The position numbers were made by a program, and so were the translations under genes. A stretch of DNA of 64,000 bases from an uncultured Methanosarcinales archaeon (GTDB lineage: Archaea > Nanobdellota > Nanobdellia > Woesearchaeales > ARS49): assembly GCA_964358315.1 (NCBI GenBank), contig CAYHOF010000005.1, positions 19,354 to 83,353 on the forward strand, read 5' to 3'. The notes under the pieces were generated by a model. The model saw only the letters and a program-made list of their open reading frames with translations, searched no databases and was not told the origin of the DNA. Positions within the stretch are counted from its first letter, which is position 1; every line of letters begins with the position of its first letter. Of the stretch, positions 27,507-36,834 are shown piece by piece.

Positions 27507-28658
27507 TCAGTGCAATTGGTTCATGATCAGTTGCAGGTGCGCCTCGCTTGGCGCGCGTGAATAGAGCGATGCGAGCTCGCGGAATTTTCTCGGCTCGACC
27601 ACCATGCCTTTCTCTTCGAGGATGGGCGCGATCGCGCCGATGTACTGGCAGCATTGCGTCACGTTGTGCGGGCGGCTCGTGTGGTGTGCGCGTTCGAAAT
27701 CAAGCAACACGGTCTTTTTCCCGACGATGATGTGCTTGTGCGGGTGATGCATCTCCTCTTTTTGCAGGTTGAGCTGGTCGAGGATGAAACACTGTCGCAG
27801 GACGTCGCGCAGCACGTCGATCGCTTTTTTCTTCGACGCATCCGGCAACCATTCCTTGATCGGCCGTCCTTTTGCGAACTCATAGCACACGAGATTCTCC
27901 GTCGAGAAAAGGAATCTCGGACCGATGTCCTTCTTGTTGACGAGTTTCAGGATGCGCGCTTCGTTGTCAAGGCGGCCGATCGCGGCGCTTTTCGGATTGT
28001 CGATCTTCAGCACCACGTTTTTCTTGCGGCGCACGCCGGTGTGGATGAGGCCGCGTTTTCCTTTCGTGAAATAGTGGATCGACGTCACGCCGTGCTTTTG
28101 CGCGTCACGTCGGACTGCATTCGGTTTGAGCTCGTAGACGTAATACGTCTCGAACGCGATATGGTTGGTGGCGAGCAGCGTCCAGTTGAGCAATGCGTGG
28201 TCGATGAGTTGGTGGACCATGTCTTTTTTTGTCAGCGACGTGAAGAGGAGCAAGATGCTTCCGTTGTCCGAGAGGTAGTCTGGCGCCGCGTCGAGGAAGC
28301 ACGCGATCGTTTCCCATCCTTCCTTGCCGCCGATGGTGGCAGGATCATCCGGGAAATCATCTCGTGGCAAGTAGGGCGGATTGAAGAGGATGGTGTCGAA
28401 CGTTTTTCGCGGGACCTTGGTGAAGAGGTCGGAGATGATGAATGTCGCGCCAGGGACTGTTTTCTTGCAGTGCTTGATCGCTGCAGCATTCACGTCAACG
28501 CCCAGGACGCTCGTGACCTTCTTGTTCTTCAATGCTGTTGCGCTCTGGATGCCTGACCCGCAGCCCATGTCAAGAACGCGTCCTTTGGCATGGTCGCGGA
28601 CAACGGACGCGAGCAGAAGTGAGTCTTCGAGCGGCGGGTAGATTCCGGCAGGGATCAT
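27507..28658 (-). CDS. HemK2/N6AMT1-like methyltransferase fused to a RIO/Bud32-like kinase domain
   Basis: IYPPLEDSLLL, LDMGCGSG, NPPY; C-terminal KGKRG, VVLK, NEARIL, LLDFERA. Confidence 0.8.
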   Translation of the reverse strand: MIPAGIYPPLEDSLLLASVVRDHAKGRVLDMGCGSGIQSATALKNKKVTSVLGVDVNAAAIKHCKKTVPGATFIISDLFTKVPRKTFDTILFNPPYLPRDDFPDDPATIGGKEGWETIACFLDAAPDYLSDNGSILLLFTSLTKKDMVHQLIDHALLNWTLLATNHIAFETYYVYELKPNAVRRDAQKHGVTSIHYFTKGKRGLIHTGVRRKKNVVLKIDNPKSAAIGRLDNEARILKLVNKKDIGPRFLFSTENLVCYEFAKGRPIKEWLPDASKKKAIDVLRDVLRQCFILDQLNLQKEEMHHPHKHIIVGKKTVLLDFERAHHTSRPHNVTQCCQYIGAIAPILEEKGMVVEPRKFRELASLYSRAPSEAHLQLIMNQLH

Positions 28659-28859
28659 GAGCGTGCAGACGCATTCCTTGTTTATAAAGAAACGCCTGTC
28701 ATTGCCGTTTTTTTCATCCCAATCCCGACGTTGTGGTGTTTTGGGTCCCCCGTCAGCCGTTTCTCGACGAGAATGTATTCTATAGGACACAAATCCTTAT
28801 ATATTTATCATGTGCTACTAATATACATAAAAGTATACCAGAAGCCCCATCTTCATGAT

Positions 28860-29005
28860 GCCTAAATCCGCGAAAGCGGTTGGGCGCACGAAAACACTGT
28901 TTTCGTCGTGCCTAAGCTGACCGGGCTTGCGGCGCGGGAAAGAGAGGTGGTCGCGGAAATGGCTTCCGCGACAATGAGACAACGACCAACCCACGCCCGG
29001 CAGCT
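28860..29005 (+). ncRNA. Putative structured ncRNA or hairpin-repeat cluster (family unknown)
   Basis: Several strong helices, a GAAA tetraloop and G-U pairs on the + strand; AT-rich TATA-like tract at about 28796-28838. Confidence 0.45.
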
Positions 29006-29081
29006 CCATTTATAGACATTCTCCATCATGAAGTAGTGAAGTTCACAATATTTAAGAGCTAGTTCGGTGGGAGCCAGCATC

Positions 29082-29552
29082 ATGCCAAAGCACGTCATCA
29101 TCGACATAAAGGAATGTGTTCCTCTTCTTATGGTCGCGGACCGTTATGATCACATCGATATCCTGCGCTTCTCCGACAGGCTTCCGTTTGCGCAAGTCTG
29201 CCGCTATCTGACAAACAACAGTCTTACGCCGTATCTCACTGGCAGCGCCGTGACCCTTGCGTTGCAGGGGCGCGCGGGCCACTACGACGATATCGACATC
29301 CTTGCGGTCGGACGCCAGGAGAGCGTTTTCGGTGTCGTTCAGCGTCTGGAGCAGTTATCCAAACAGTGCGTCAAGAAAAACGTGACGCTTGAGGAAGAAG
29401 GCAGCCTGTTCACGGTCACATCTGAAAAGAAACTTCGGTATTTGCACGCAGAAATGAACGCCCGTTATACGCTCCAGCCGGTGAGGCGTGCCACGCACGC
29501 GATAGACCTTAGCTTGATTGTCGATAGCGCCTTCGAGAAATTGGTCCGTTGA
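29082..29552 (+). CDS. Minimal nucleotidyltransferase-like protein
   Basis: YLTGSAV...YDDIDIL...IDL. Confidence 0.6.
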   Translation: MPKHVIIDIKECVPLLMVADRYDHIDILRFSDRLPFAQVCRYLTNNSLTPYLTGSAVTLALQGRAGHYDDIDILAVGRQESVFGVVQRLEQLSKQCVKKNVTLEEEGSLFTVTSEKKLRYLHAEMNARYTLQPVRRATHAIDLSLIVDSAFEKLVR

Positions 29553-29553
29553 T

Positions 29554-29721
29554 CTAGAACCGCAGGTTTTCTGGCATGAGGCCCATGCACTTGGTGTCTT
29601 TGTGGCCGCATTGTTCGCAGACGAAGTTGACGAACTTGGAATTGCCGCTGATCGAGCCGAAGCTCTTGCGCATCTTCATCGAACACTTGGGGCACTTGCC
29701 CTCGTCTGTTGCCTCTTTCAT
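29554..29721 (-). CDS. Small Zn-ribbon protein
   Basis: CPKC...CEQCG. Confidence 0.6.
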   Translation of the reverse strand: MKEATDEGKCPKCSMKMRKSFGSISGNSKFVNFVCEQCGHKDTKCMGLMPENLRF

Positions 29722-29836
29722 GTCGCTGATTATCCATCTGCTTCTATTTAAGGATTTGGATGCCCAGAAGCCGACATGCTCGTGCCGTTCACCGTCATCC
29801 ACAAGCTTTTAGAACCCGTGCTTGTGCCATGGCTGC

Positions 29837-30790
29837 ATGGCGGGCAACGGTTATTGTCTCATCGCGGACCCGGAGAGCAACGCGTGGCAGTACGCTGTTG
29901 ATATCCACGAGAAACTCAAGGAGCGCAGCAAGCGATTCCAGCTGGGCAGAATCGACATCAAACGCTTCCGGGACGGCGAAATCAAGCCGAAGATCGGACG
30001 CAACGTGCGCAAGAAGGACTGCTTCTTCATCCATGACTCGAGCAAGAGGCCGGCGGACTGGTTCCTCGAACTCGCGCTCATCAACCACACTTTGAAGAAT
30101 TCATCCGCGAACGAAGTCGTCGACGTGCTTCCATATATACGGTTCATGCGGCAGGACCGCAAGGATGAGTCGCGCGTGCCATTGAGCTCGCGTGTGGTGG
30201 CAGATAGCATCGGGAACTATGCGGATCGCGTCCTCACCATCGACATGCACAATCCTTCGACGCAAGGATGTTATGGCATCCCCGTGGATAATCTGCATTC
30301 GTTCCCTACTGTCGTGGCATACTTGAAGAGAAAGCAGCCAACGTTGCTTGAGAACATGGTCGTCATGAGCACGGATGCGGGCGGCGCGGCGCGCGCGACC
30401 GCGTTCGCGAAAAGGATCGGCCACGAGGACATCGCCATCGGGGTCAAGAAGCGTCCTGCGGCAGGCGAAGTCGGCAGTGTGAAGGTCATCGGTGACGTCG
30501 CAGGGCGGGACGTCTTCATCATCGACGACATCATTGATTCAGGCAACACGCTCGTGACAGCGGCGAACGCAGCACGGGCCGCGGGCGCAAAGAAGGTCTA
30601 TGTCTACTGCACGCACGGATTGTTCACAGAAGGCACAGAGAAGATCACGAAAGCGTGCGATGCCATCTTTGTCGGCGACACGATCAAGCAGACGCAGCCA
30701 GGCGTCAATGCCATCTCGTTCGTTCCGCTGTTCGCGGAGGCGATCTACCGCGTGAGCAGCGGACCGAGCCTGAGTGCGCTGTTCAAATAG
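29837..30790 (+). CDS. prs: Ribose-phosphate pyrophosphokinase
   Basis: FRDGE, RQDRK, IDMHN, DAGG, IDDIIDSGNT, THGLF. Confidence 0.93.
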   Translation: MAGNGYCLIADPESNAWQYAVDIHEKLKERSKRFQLGRIDIKRFRDGEIKPKIGRNVRKKDCFFIHDSSKRPADWFLELALINHTLKNSSANEVVDVLPYIRFMRQDRKDESRVPLSSRVVADSIGNYADRVLTIDMHNPSTQGCYGIPVDNLHSFPTVVAYLKRKQPTLLENMVVMSTDAGGAARATAFAKRIGHEDIAIGVKKRPAAGEVGSVKVIGDVAGRDVFIIDDIIDSGNTLVTAANAARAAGAKKVYVYCTHGLFTEGTEKITKACDAIFVGDTIKQTQPGVNAISFVPLFAEAIYRVSSGPSLSALFK

Positions 30791-30861
30791 TGTCTGTACG
30801 TGCGGAATGTTTAAATATTTAGGTTGACTCAGGGAGCCTTACGTTTTTGGGGAGGTGCGGT

Positions 30862-30978
30862 ATGGACGGCATGAAGCGCGCGGCACTCATAGAGGAGATC
30901 ACGCATTCGTTGATGAAGAAGAACATCAGGTCGGACATAGCGGAAGAGATGGCGCGCCACTGGGTCATGATGGCGTAG
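30862..30978 (+). CDS. Microprotein (38 aa) upstream of ftsZ
   Basis: GGAGGTG SD; MDGMKRAALIEEITHSLMKKNIRSDIAEEMARHWVMMA. Confidence 0.5.
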   Translation: MDGMKRAALIEEITHSLMKKNIRSDIAEEMARHWVMMA

Positions 30979-30992
30979 CAGAGGTGTATGGC

Positions 30993-31055
30993 ATGGCAGA
31001 AGACGAAACAGAGGACGTGGATTTCGACGATTTCGAGGAAGAGTTCGGCGACTGA
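30993..31055 (+). CDS. Acidic 20-aa peptide in frame with ftsZ
   Basis: GAGGTG SD; MAEDETEDVDFDDFEEEFGD. Confidence 0.4.
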   Translation: MAEDETEDVDFDDFEEEFGD

Positions 31056-31064
31056 TCCGCCTGG

Positions 31065-32111
31065 TTGGTAATTACTTTGGATGATGACACAAGTCAGGGG
31101 AATCAGGCACTCGAAGAATTCTTGGTCGACACTACTCTGACGATCAAGGTGCTTGGCGCAGGTGGCGCCGGCAACAACACGCTCGACACGCTCGCGCAGA
31201 CAGGCGTGCGCGGCGCGCAGCTCATCGCGCTCAACACGGACGCGCAGGACTTGCTCGACACCGAAGCAGATGGTAAGATCCTGCTCGGCAAGCACTCGAC
31301 GCGCGGCATGGGCGCCGGCAACAACCCGCAGGTCGGCGAGTCCGCCGCACGCGAGGCGCACGAGGCCATCCGGCAGGCTGTCGACGGTTCTGACCTCGTC
31401 TTTGTCGTCGGCGGGCTTGGCGGCGGCACGGGGACAGGGAGTTTGCCGGTCATCGCCGAGATCTCGAAGGGACAAGGCGTGCTCACTGTGGCCATTTGTT
31501 CCCTGCCGTTCCAGATGGAGGGCCGCCGACGCTGGGAGAACGCCATGGGTGGCTTGCGCAAGCTCGAAGGCCATGTCGACGCGCTCATCCTTCTTCCGAA
31601 CGAGAAATTGATGAAGCACGCGCAGAACATGCCCTTGCAAACGGCTTTCAAGCTCTCGGACACGGTCGCTGCCGAGGCGCTCAAAGGCATCATCGAGCTC
31701 GTCACGAAGCCCGGCATCGTCAACCTCGACTTTTCCGACCTCAAGGCGGTGCTCAAGGACAGCGGCATCGCGGTCATCGGCATGGGCGAGAGCGATACGC
31801 AGCAGCGCGCGACCGAAGCGGTGCAGCGCGCCATGAGCAACCCGCTCATCGAGGCGAACCTGCGCGGCGCGAGCGGCGCGCTCATCAACGTCATGGGCGG
31901 CACCGACATGACGCTCTCGCAGGCGCAGGCAGTCATTGAGGAGGTCAAGAAGTCGCTCACCGAAGACGCACGCCTCATCTGGGGCACGCAGCTCGACGAG
32001 TCGATGAAAGGGAAGATAAAAGTCCTGGTCGTCATCACCGGCCTCTCGAGCAAGGCCATGCTCGACAGCCAGGCAGAAGACGGCTACCTGCACGTCGACG
32101 AACTCATCTGA
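31065..32111 (+). CDS. ftsZ: Cell division protein FtsZ (TTG start at 31065 or 31077)
   Basis: GAGGAGNN, LNTDAQDL, GGGTGTG, NLDFSD. Confidence 0.97.
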   Translation: MVITLDDDTSQGNQALEEFLVDTTLTIKVLGAGGAGNNTLDTLAQTGVRGAQLIALNTDAQDLLDTEADGKILLGKHSTRGMGAGNNPQVGESAAREAHEAIRQAVDGSDLVFVVGGLGGGTGTGSLPVIAEISKGQGVLTVAICSLPFQMEGRRRWENAMGGLRKLEGHVDALILLPNEKLMKHAQNMPLQTAFKLSDTVAAEALKGIIELVTKPGIVNLDFSDLKAVLKDSGIAVIGMGESDTQQRATEAVQRAMSNPLIEANLRGASGALINVMGGTDMTLSQAQAVIEEVKKSLTEDARLIWGTQLDESMKGKIKVLVVITGLSSKAMLDSQAEDGYLHVDELI

Positions 32112-32834
32112 TCATTCTTTCGCGTTCTTCCACAAGAGGTCGAAGAAGTTCCTGTACCCGCTCGCCATGTCCTTGTTGCGGATCACGATCGCGGTCGGCT
32201 CCTCTGTCCAGAGGATGAGCGCGACGTTGTCGCCATAGACGTTGATCGCCGCCGGGCCCATGTATTGCTTGGGTAGGAAGCGGATCTTTGCGAGCGGGAT
32301 CCTGGGCAGTGTCTCGCGTGACGCGTCCTCGAAGATGAGCCGCACCGGCACGTTTGCTTTCTTGCGTCGCTCGTCGAACCATTTGAAGTACCACTTCAGC
32401 GACGCGTATGAAACGATCCCGCTGCTGACGATGAGGATCTCTTTCTTGGTGCGTAGCTGGTCTTCGAACACCGTCTTGAGGCCGCGCTTGCCTTCATACA
32501 GCACGGTGTCCTCTTTGCGCGTGGCGCTGCTCCAGCGCGCGTCGAGCTGCGCGACGATGTCAGTCATGCGCGCCCTACGCTCGTCCATGAGTTCGAGGAA
32601 GCGTGATGGTCTGGCTGCCTCAAAGAGCTTGCGGTTGTTGCGCGTGATCGAGCCGACAAGGCCTTTCGCGATGAGGCGGTCGATCGCGTCGTACGCGAGC
32701 CTGCGATGCACCCCTGCACGGCGTGACAATTCTCCTGCCGCGCTCGAGCCTCCTTCGACAAGAGCAAGATAGACCTTTGCCTCGATGGGCGTGAGGCCGG
32801 CGCTTTCGAGCGCTCCAAGAAGCTTCGGTTCCAT
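32112..32834 (-). CDS. TrmB-family HTH transcriptional regulator
   Basis: GLTPIEAKVYLAL...YDAIDRLIAKGLV...YEGKRGLK. Confidence 0.85.
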   Translation of the reverse strand: MEPKLLGALESAGLTPIEAKVYLALVEGGSSAAGELSRRAGVHRRLAYDAIDRLIAKGLVGSITRNNRKLFEAARPSRFLELMDERRARMTDIVAQLDARWSSATRKEDTVLYEGKRGLKTVFEDQLRTKKEILIVSSGIVSYASLKWYFKWFDERRKKANVPVRLIFEDASRETLPRIPLAKIRFLPKQYMGPAAINVYGDNVALILWTEEPTAIVIRNKDMASGYRNFFDLLWKNAKE

Positions 32835-32910
32835 GCCTTCGTACGAGCGTGCGGATACTATTTAGGTATTGTGGTGACACACGCCATCACAAAAACACCG
32901 GAAGATTAAT

Positions 32911-32931
32911 ATAGTTACAGCATATAACTAT
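32911..32931. promoter_or_regulatory. Probable vapBC operator
   Basis: ATAGTTA-CAGCATA-TAACTAT inverted repeat immediately before the antitoxin start. Confidence 0.6.
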
Positions 32932-32935
32932 AGCT

Positions 32936-33151
32936 ATGGCAACAACTGTTCAAGTGTCTGAGTCAACAAAAAATATGCTCGATCTTGTGAAAGACGAGCG
33001 ACATCTGGCTACCTATGACCAGGTTATCAAGGAGCTGGCACAGCAGATGCTTGACGTCCCCACGTCGATGTTCGGTGCAGGTAGGGCAAAAGGGATTCGG
33101 TGGAAAAAAGAGTACAGGATGGACTTCGATGAACATCAAATACGTCGTTGA
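32936..33151 (+). CDS. VapB-type antitoxin
   Basis: MATTVQVSESTK...TYDQVIKEL...SMFG; overlaps the PIN gene. Confidence 0.8.
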   Translation: MATTVQVSESTKNMLDLVKDERHLATYDQVIKELAQQMLDVPTSMFGAGRAKGIRWKKEYRMDFDEHQIRR

Positions 33152-33515
33152 GACCTCGGCGTGGCTCGAATACTACTTCGGTGCTAATGCTCAGCTCAAA
33201 GAGCTGATTGAGAACAACGACGTGGCAACGACGGTCATAACGATAGGCGAAATCGTTGATGTTTTTTCACGAGAAAAGGCCGATCCGAAGGAGTTTCTTA
33301 GATTCATCAAGAGCATAGCATATCCACTTCCGTTGACGATCCAGTCAGCAACGGCAGGAGCCGAGATAAAAACGCAACGCCGACCCAAACATCATAAATT
33401 CAGTCTCGCCGATGGGTTTCACCTTGCCATCGCCAGAGAGCGGAAGGCAGTGCTGGTGACCTGCGATACTGATTTCGTCGGCATTGATGATGTTATGCTC
33501 TTCACGAAGAATTGA
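33129..33515 (+). CDS. vapC: VapC PIN-domain toxin
   Basis: VVETSAWLEY, SLADG, LVTCDTDF. Confidence 0.85.
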   Translation: MNIKYVVETSAWLEYYFGANAQLKELIENNDVATTVITIGEIVDVFSREKADPKEFLRFIKSIAYPLPLTIQSATAGAEIKTQRRPKHHKFSLADGFHLAIARERKAVLVTCDTDFVGIDDVMLFTKN

Positions 33516-33519
33516 AAAT

Positions 33520-34812
33520 TCAATCCACGATCGTCCCGTACCCGATGAGGCGCCAGCGTTTGCCGACGTTGCGTGAGATGGTGACGCGCGAGCCCACTGC
33601 TGCGCACACGGGTCGTTTGAGCTGGCTTTTCACGACGCCTTTGCCTGTCTCGCTGACAAGGCCCACCGTGGCCGCGCTGTTGACGTTGAGCATGAGGAAT
33701 TCTCCCTTGTAGATGGGGTCGACGACGAGGCTGTCCTTGGCGCCGACGACACGTTCCAAAAGATGCGGTTCGAGTGCGAGCGTGGACCACACGGGCGGCA
33801 TCTTGCCAGGGATGCCGATGACCGCGCCCACAAGCTTGTCGCTCTTGACGTAGGACGGGTCGAGTTCGGTCATCATTGCGATGCTGCCGCCAGGATGCGC
33901 GGTCTGCACTGATTTGCCGCCTGCCATGATGCTGACGATCTTGCTTGAGAGCGGCTTCCAGACTTTCTGGTTGCGCTCTTCCACTTCGTAGCCTGGCACG
34001 AGCTCGACCGTCATGCCTGTTTCGAACATGCCTTGCTTGACCGCGCCGCCAAGGACGCCACCGACCATCTTGTCGGGCGTCGCGCCTGGCTTGTTGACGT
34101 CGAAACTGCGCGCGACGAACATGAGTGGTTCCTTGTCCGGATCGCGGTGCGGCGTGGGTATGAACGTCTGGACTGCCTCGAGCAACAGGTCGATGTTGAG
34201 CTGGTGCCTCGCCGAGATCGGGATGATGGGTGCGTTCTCGAACGCGGTGCCGCTCAGGAATGCCTTGATCTGGTCATGGCTCTTCTTTGCCTGGTCGGCG
34301 CTGACGAGGTCGATCTTGTTCTGCACAACGATGACGTTCGTGATGCCCATGATGGTGAGCGCTTGTACGTGCTCGCGGGTCTGCGGTTGCGGGCATTCAT
34401 CGTTGGCCGCGACGAGCAGCAGCGCGCCGTCCATGATGTTGGCGCCTGAGAGCATGGTCGCCATGAGGCTTTCGTGGCCTGGCGCGTCCACGAGCGAGAC
34501 TTTGCGCACGATCTCGTTGGGCTTGCCTTCCGCTTCTTTTTGGAGCGTGTACTGTTCGGCGCCGCTCTTGCCCGGGATTTTGTAGATGTCGATGTCGGCA
34601 TAGCCGAGCTTGATCGTGATGCCGCGCTTGAGCGATTCAGAATGCGTGTCCGTCCACTTGCCGCTCAGCGCTTGCACGAGGGTGGTCTTGCCATGGTCGA
34701 CATGGCCCACCATGCCCACGCTCACTTCAGGCTGGCCGCAGGGCTCGTGCTTTGCCTCTGCTTTGTGGGCTGGTTTCTTCTCGGCAGGCGCATCCGCCTT
34801 CTTTTTAGCCAT
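33520..34812 (-). CDS. eif2g: Translation initiation factor 2 gamma subunit
   Basis: GHVDHGKTT, RGITIKLGYA, DAPGHE, QNKID, RWRLIGYG. Confidence 0.98.
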   Translation of the reverse strand: MAKKKADAPAEKKPAHKAEAKHEPCGQPEVSVGMVGHVDHGKTTLVQALSGKWTDTHSESLKRGITIKLGYADIDIYKIPGKSGAEQYTLQKEAEGKPNEIVRKVSLVDAPGHESLMATMLSGANIMDGALLLVAANDECPQPQTREHVQALTIMGITNVIVVQNKIDLVSADQAKKSHDQIKAFLSGTAFENAPIIPISARHQLNIDLLLEAVQTFIPTPHRDPDKEPLMFVARSFDVNKPGATPDKMVGGVLGGAVKQGMFETGMTVELVPGYEVEERNQKVWKPLSSKIVSIMAGGKSVQTAHPGGSIAMMTELDPSYVKSDKLVGAVIGIPGKMPPVWSTLALEPHLLERVVGAKDSLVVDPIYKGEFLMLNVNSAATVGLVSETGKGVVKSQLKRPVCAAVGSRVTISRNVGKRWRLIGYGTIVD

Positions 34813-34831
34813 ACGACGACGGCAGAACAGG

Positions 34832-35533
34832 TTATTTATAAATGTTCAGTAGGTTCGTGAACCAGTACAGGACGCGCGTGTACAGTGGTTTTGGCGTTTC
34901 CACCTTCACGGCAGGTATGATATGGGTTGCTGCTGCCATGGCTGGCGGCGCGACTGCAGGCAACAGTTGTGTCTTTGCACTGGTTGAGATCATCGGAACC
35001 GCGTGCTCAAGGGAGGGGACATCGAAGTCAACGTCGGACGAAGAGACGGATGCTTCCAGCGGCGTGGGTGCGTTGATGCTCGCATCAGGCCGGCGGAACG
35101 CGATGTAACGCGTGTCGTTCCCATAGTCGAGCCGACACACTCGCCGGGCAGCCACGAGGTCCTCGAGCGCTTGGTGCACCACATCTTCTTGTAGCCGCGT
35201 CTTGAGCGCGATGTAGGATGCAGTGAAGAATCCGTGGTGTTGCAAGAGGTCCTGGATGAGGCGATTTTGGGGCGGTCCGTCTTGGTCGTTGTAACGTTGG
35301 GACCACACGTCGTTGACCCACAAAAACGACGCGTCCCAGGACGCCAACTGTTGCAGACTGATCTTCCCGCGCACGTAGCCCGCGACAGCATAGACGTCCT
35401 GCGGCTCCTCCGGACTCCATCGCACCATGTACTTGCGCACCGTGTCGCAGAGCGTCATCCGGTCCGTCCCCATGGACGTGTCATACGCATGCATCGTTAA
35501 TATAGTTTGTCGTCTCTGCGTGATACGCAACAA
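34832..35533 (-). CDS. Hypothetical protein with possible wHTH (start uncertain)
   Basis: TASYIALKTRLQEDVVHQALEDLV segment. Confidence 0.5.
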   Translation of the reverse strand: MLRITQRRQTILTMHAYDTSMGTDRMTLCDTVRKYMVRWSPEEPQDVYAVAGYVRGKISLQQLASWDASFLWVNDVWSQRYNDQDGPPQNRLIQDLLQHHGFFTASYIALKTRLQEDVVHQALEDLVAARRVCRLDYGNDTRYIAFRRPDASINAPTPLEASVSSSDVDFDVPSLEHAVPMISTSAKTQLLPAVAPPAMAAATHIIPAVKVETPKPLYTRVLYWFTNLLNIYK

Positions 35534-35562
35534 ATCTTTTAAGACAGGGAGAAGATGGTTCT

Positions 35563-35799
35563 ATGATGCGACAAGCGGAAAGCGCTCCTACCTACATCAT
35601 CGTCGCGCTGGTGTTGTTCATACTCGGCGCCATCCACCTGTTCGGGATCTATCCGCTCAACACGGACAAGTTCAGCTTTTTCCTTGTGAGCCTCTTCGTC
35701 GCCGTGATGCTGATGCCGCTGCTCAAGCACCTCAAGTTCTTCGACCTCATCGAGCTGCGCAGGGAATACAAGCAGATGCAGAAGATGCTGCGGCGCTAG
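35563..35799 (+). CDS. Small membrane protein
   Basis: Two TM helices. Confidence 0.65.
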   Translation: MMRQAESAPTYIIVALVLFILGAIHLFGIYPLNTDKFSFFLVSLFVAVMLMPLLKHLKFFDLIELRREYKQMQKMLRR

Positions 35800-35802
35800 C
35801 GT

Positions 35803-36681
35803 CTACAGAAGGCGCTTGAACGCTGTCGCGATCGCGTCATGCGCGCGGCATGGTTTTCGTCCGAGTTCAGCGATGGTCGCGGCCACGTTGGCGCGCAGCG
35901 CCTTGCGCTCGGGATGGTTCAATGCTTGTTCGTTCAATGCCGTAACGAGCTCTTGCGCTTCCTTGACGAATCCTTCCCCCTCGTATGCCTCGATGAATGT
36001 GTGGCCGGGGACGACGGCAGAATATTTGGAGAAACTCAGGTGCTTGTTGACGCCGCCACTCACGTCGCCGAATGCGTCGACGCTGCGGATGAGCGTGTTT
36101 CGTTCGAGTGCTGCTTCGATGACGCTGGCGTCTACGCTCGACGTTTTGTAGAGGAGATTGCCGTGCTGGTGGGCGAGGCCGATGCGCGTGTGCAAGAACG
36201 GATCAAGCCAGGGGTGTTCGGGGTCGAATGTGTGCACGAGGATGAACGTGCCGTTGTTGATGTGGCGGTACGCGGCAGGCATGCCATCAAAGGCGACCTG
36301 GTCGACCATGATGACGCCGATGCTTCTGTCCTTCTTGATGGCTGCCTCTTCGATGATCTCGTAGCCGTCTTGGTCCGTGGTGCGCACCGCGCAGTCCTTA
36401 TACTGGACGGTCTTCACGTCCTTCGCGTCGAACGCCATGTCGGCGAGCACGTAGGTGGATGCATCGACGAGCGGCAACATGTGCCGCACGCTGTTAATGG
36501 ATGGTCCGCTACCGATGTAGAGCGCGCTGGCTGCGGGCGGCAGTATGATTGCGGGTTTGCGGGCGCAGAGCGTCTTGAGCTTGAATTCTAGGTCGTCGTG
36601 CGCAGGTATGGCGACCATGGGGATGTGTTGTTGAGGCGGAACAGGGTTGTTCTCGTGTTCTTCGTTGGTGATATAGGGCAT
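35803..36681 (-). CDS. Hypothetical protein (possible degenerate Rossmann/MTase fold)
   Basis: ALYIGSG...YVLAD. Confidence 0.55.
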   Translation of the reverse strand: MPYITNEEHENNPVPPQQHIPMVAIPAHDDLEFKLKTLCARKPAIILPPAASALYIGSGPSINSVRHMLPLVDASTYVLADMAFDAKDVKTVQYKDCAVRTTDQDGYEIIEEAAIKKDRSIGVIMVDQVAFDGMPAAYRHINNGTFILVHTFDPEHPWLDPFLHTRIGLAHQHGNLLYKTSSVDASVIEAALERNTLIRSVDAFGDVSGGVNKHLSFSKYSAVVPGHTFIEAYEGEGFVKEAQELVTALNEQALNHPERKALRANVAATIAELGRKPCRAHDAIATAFKRLL

Positions 36682-36834
36682 GTTCGTTGTTCCAGACGCA
36701 CACTATATAAATGTTATCACTGCATGGTGACTTCTTGGAGGAGGGATGGTTGATTTCGGTTCGTGATTGAAGTTACCATCAACAAGTAGCTAAAATACGA
36801 AAGTTTTATTAAATGCGACACATGATTCCACGGC

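Noticed and set aside
28818..29107. Minus-strand ORFs of 63 and 81 aa
   Set aside because: No protein-like motifs; the sequence is better explained by + strand secondary structure.
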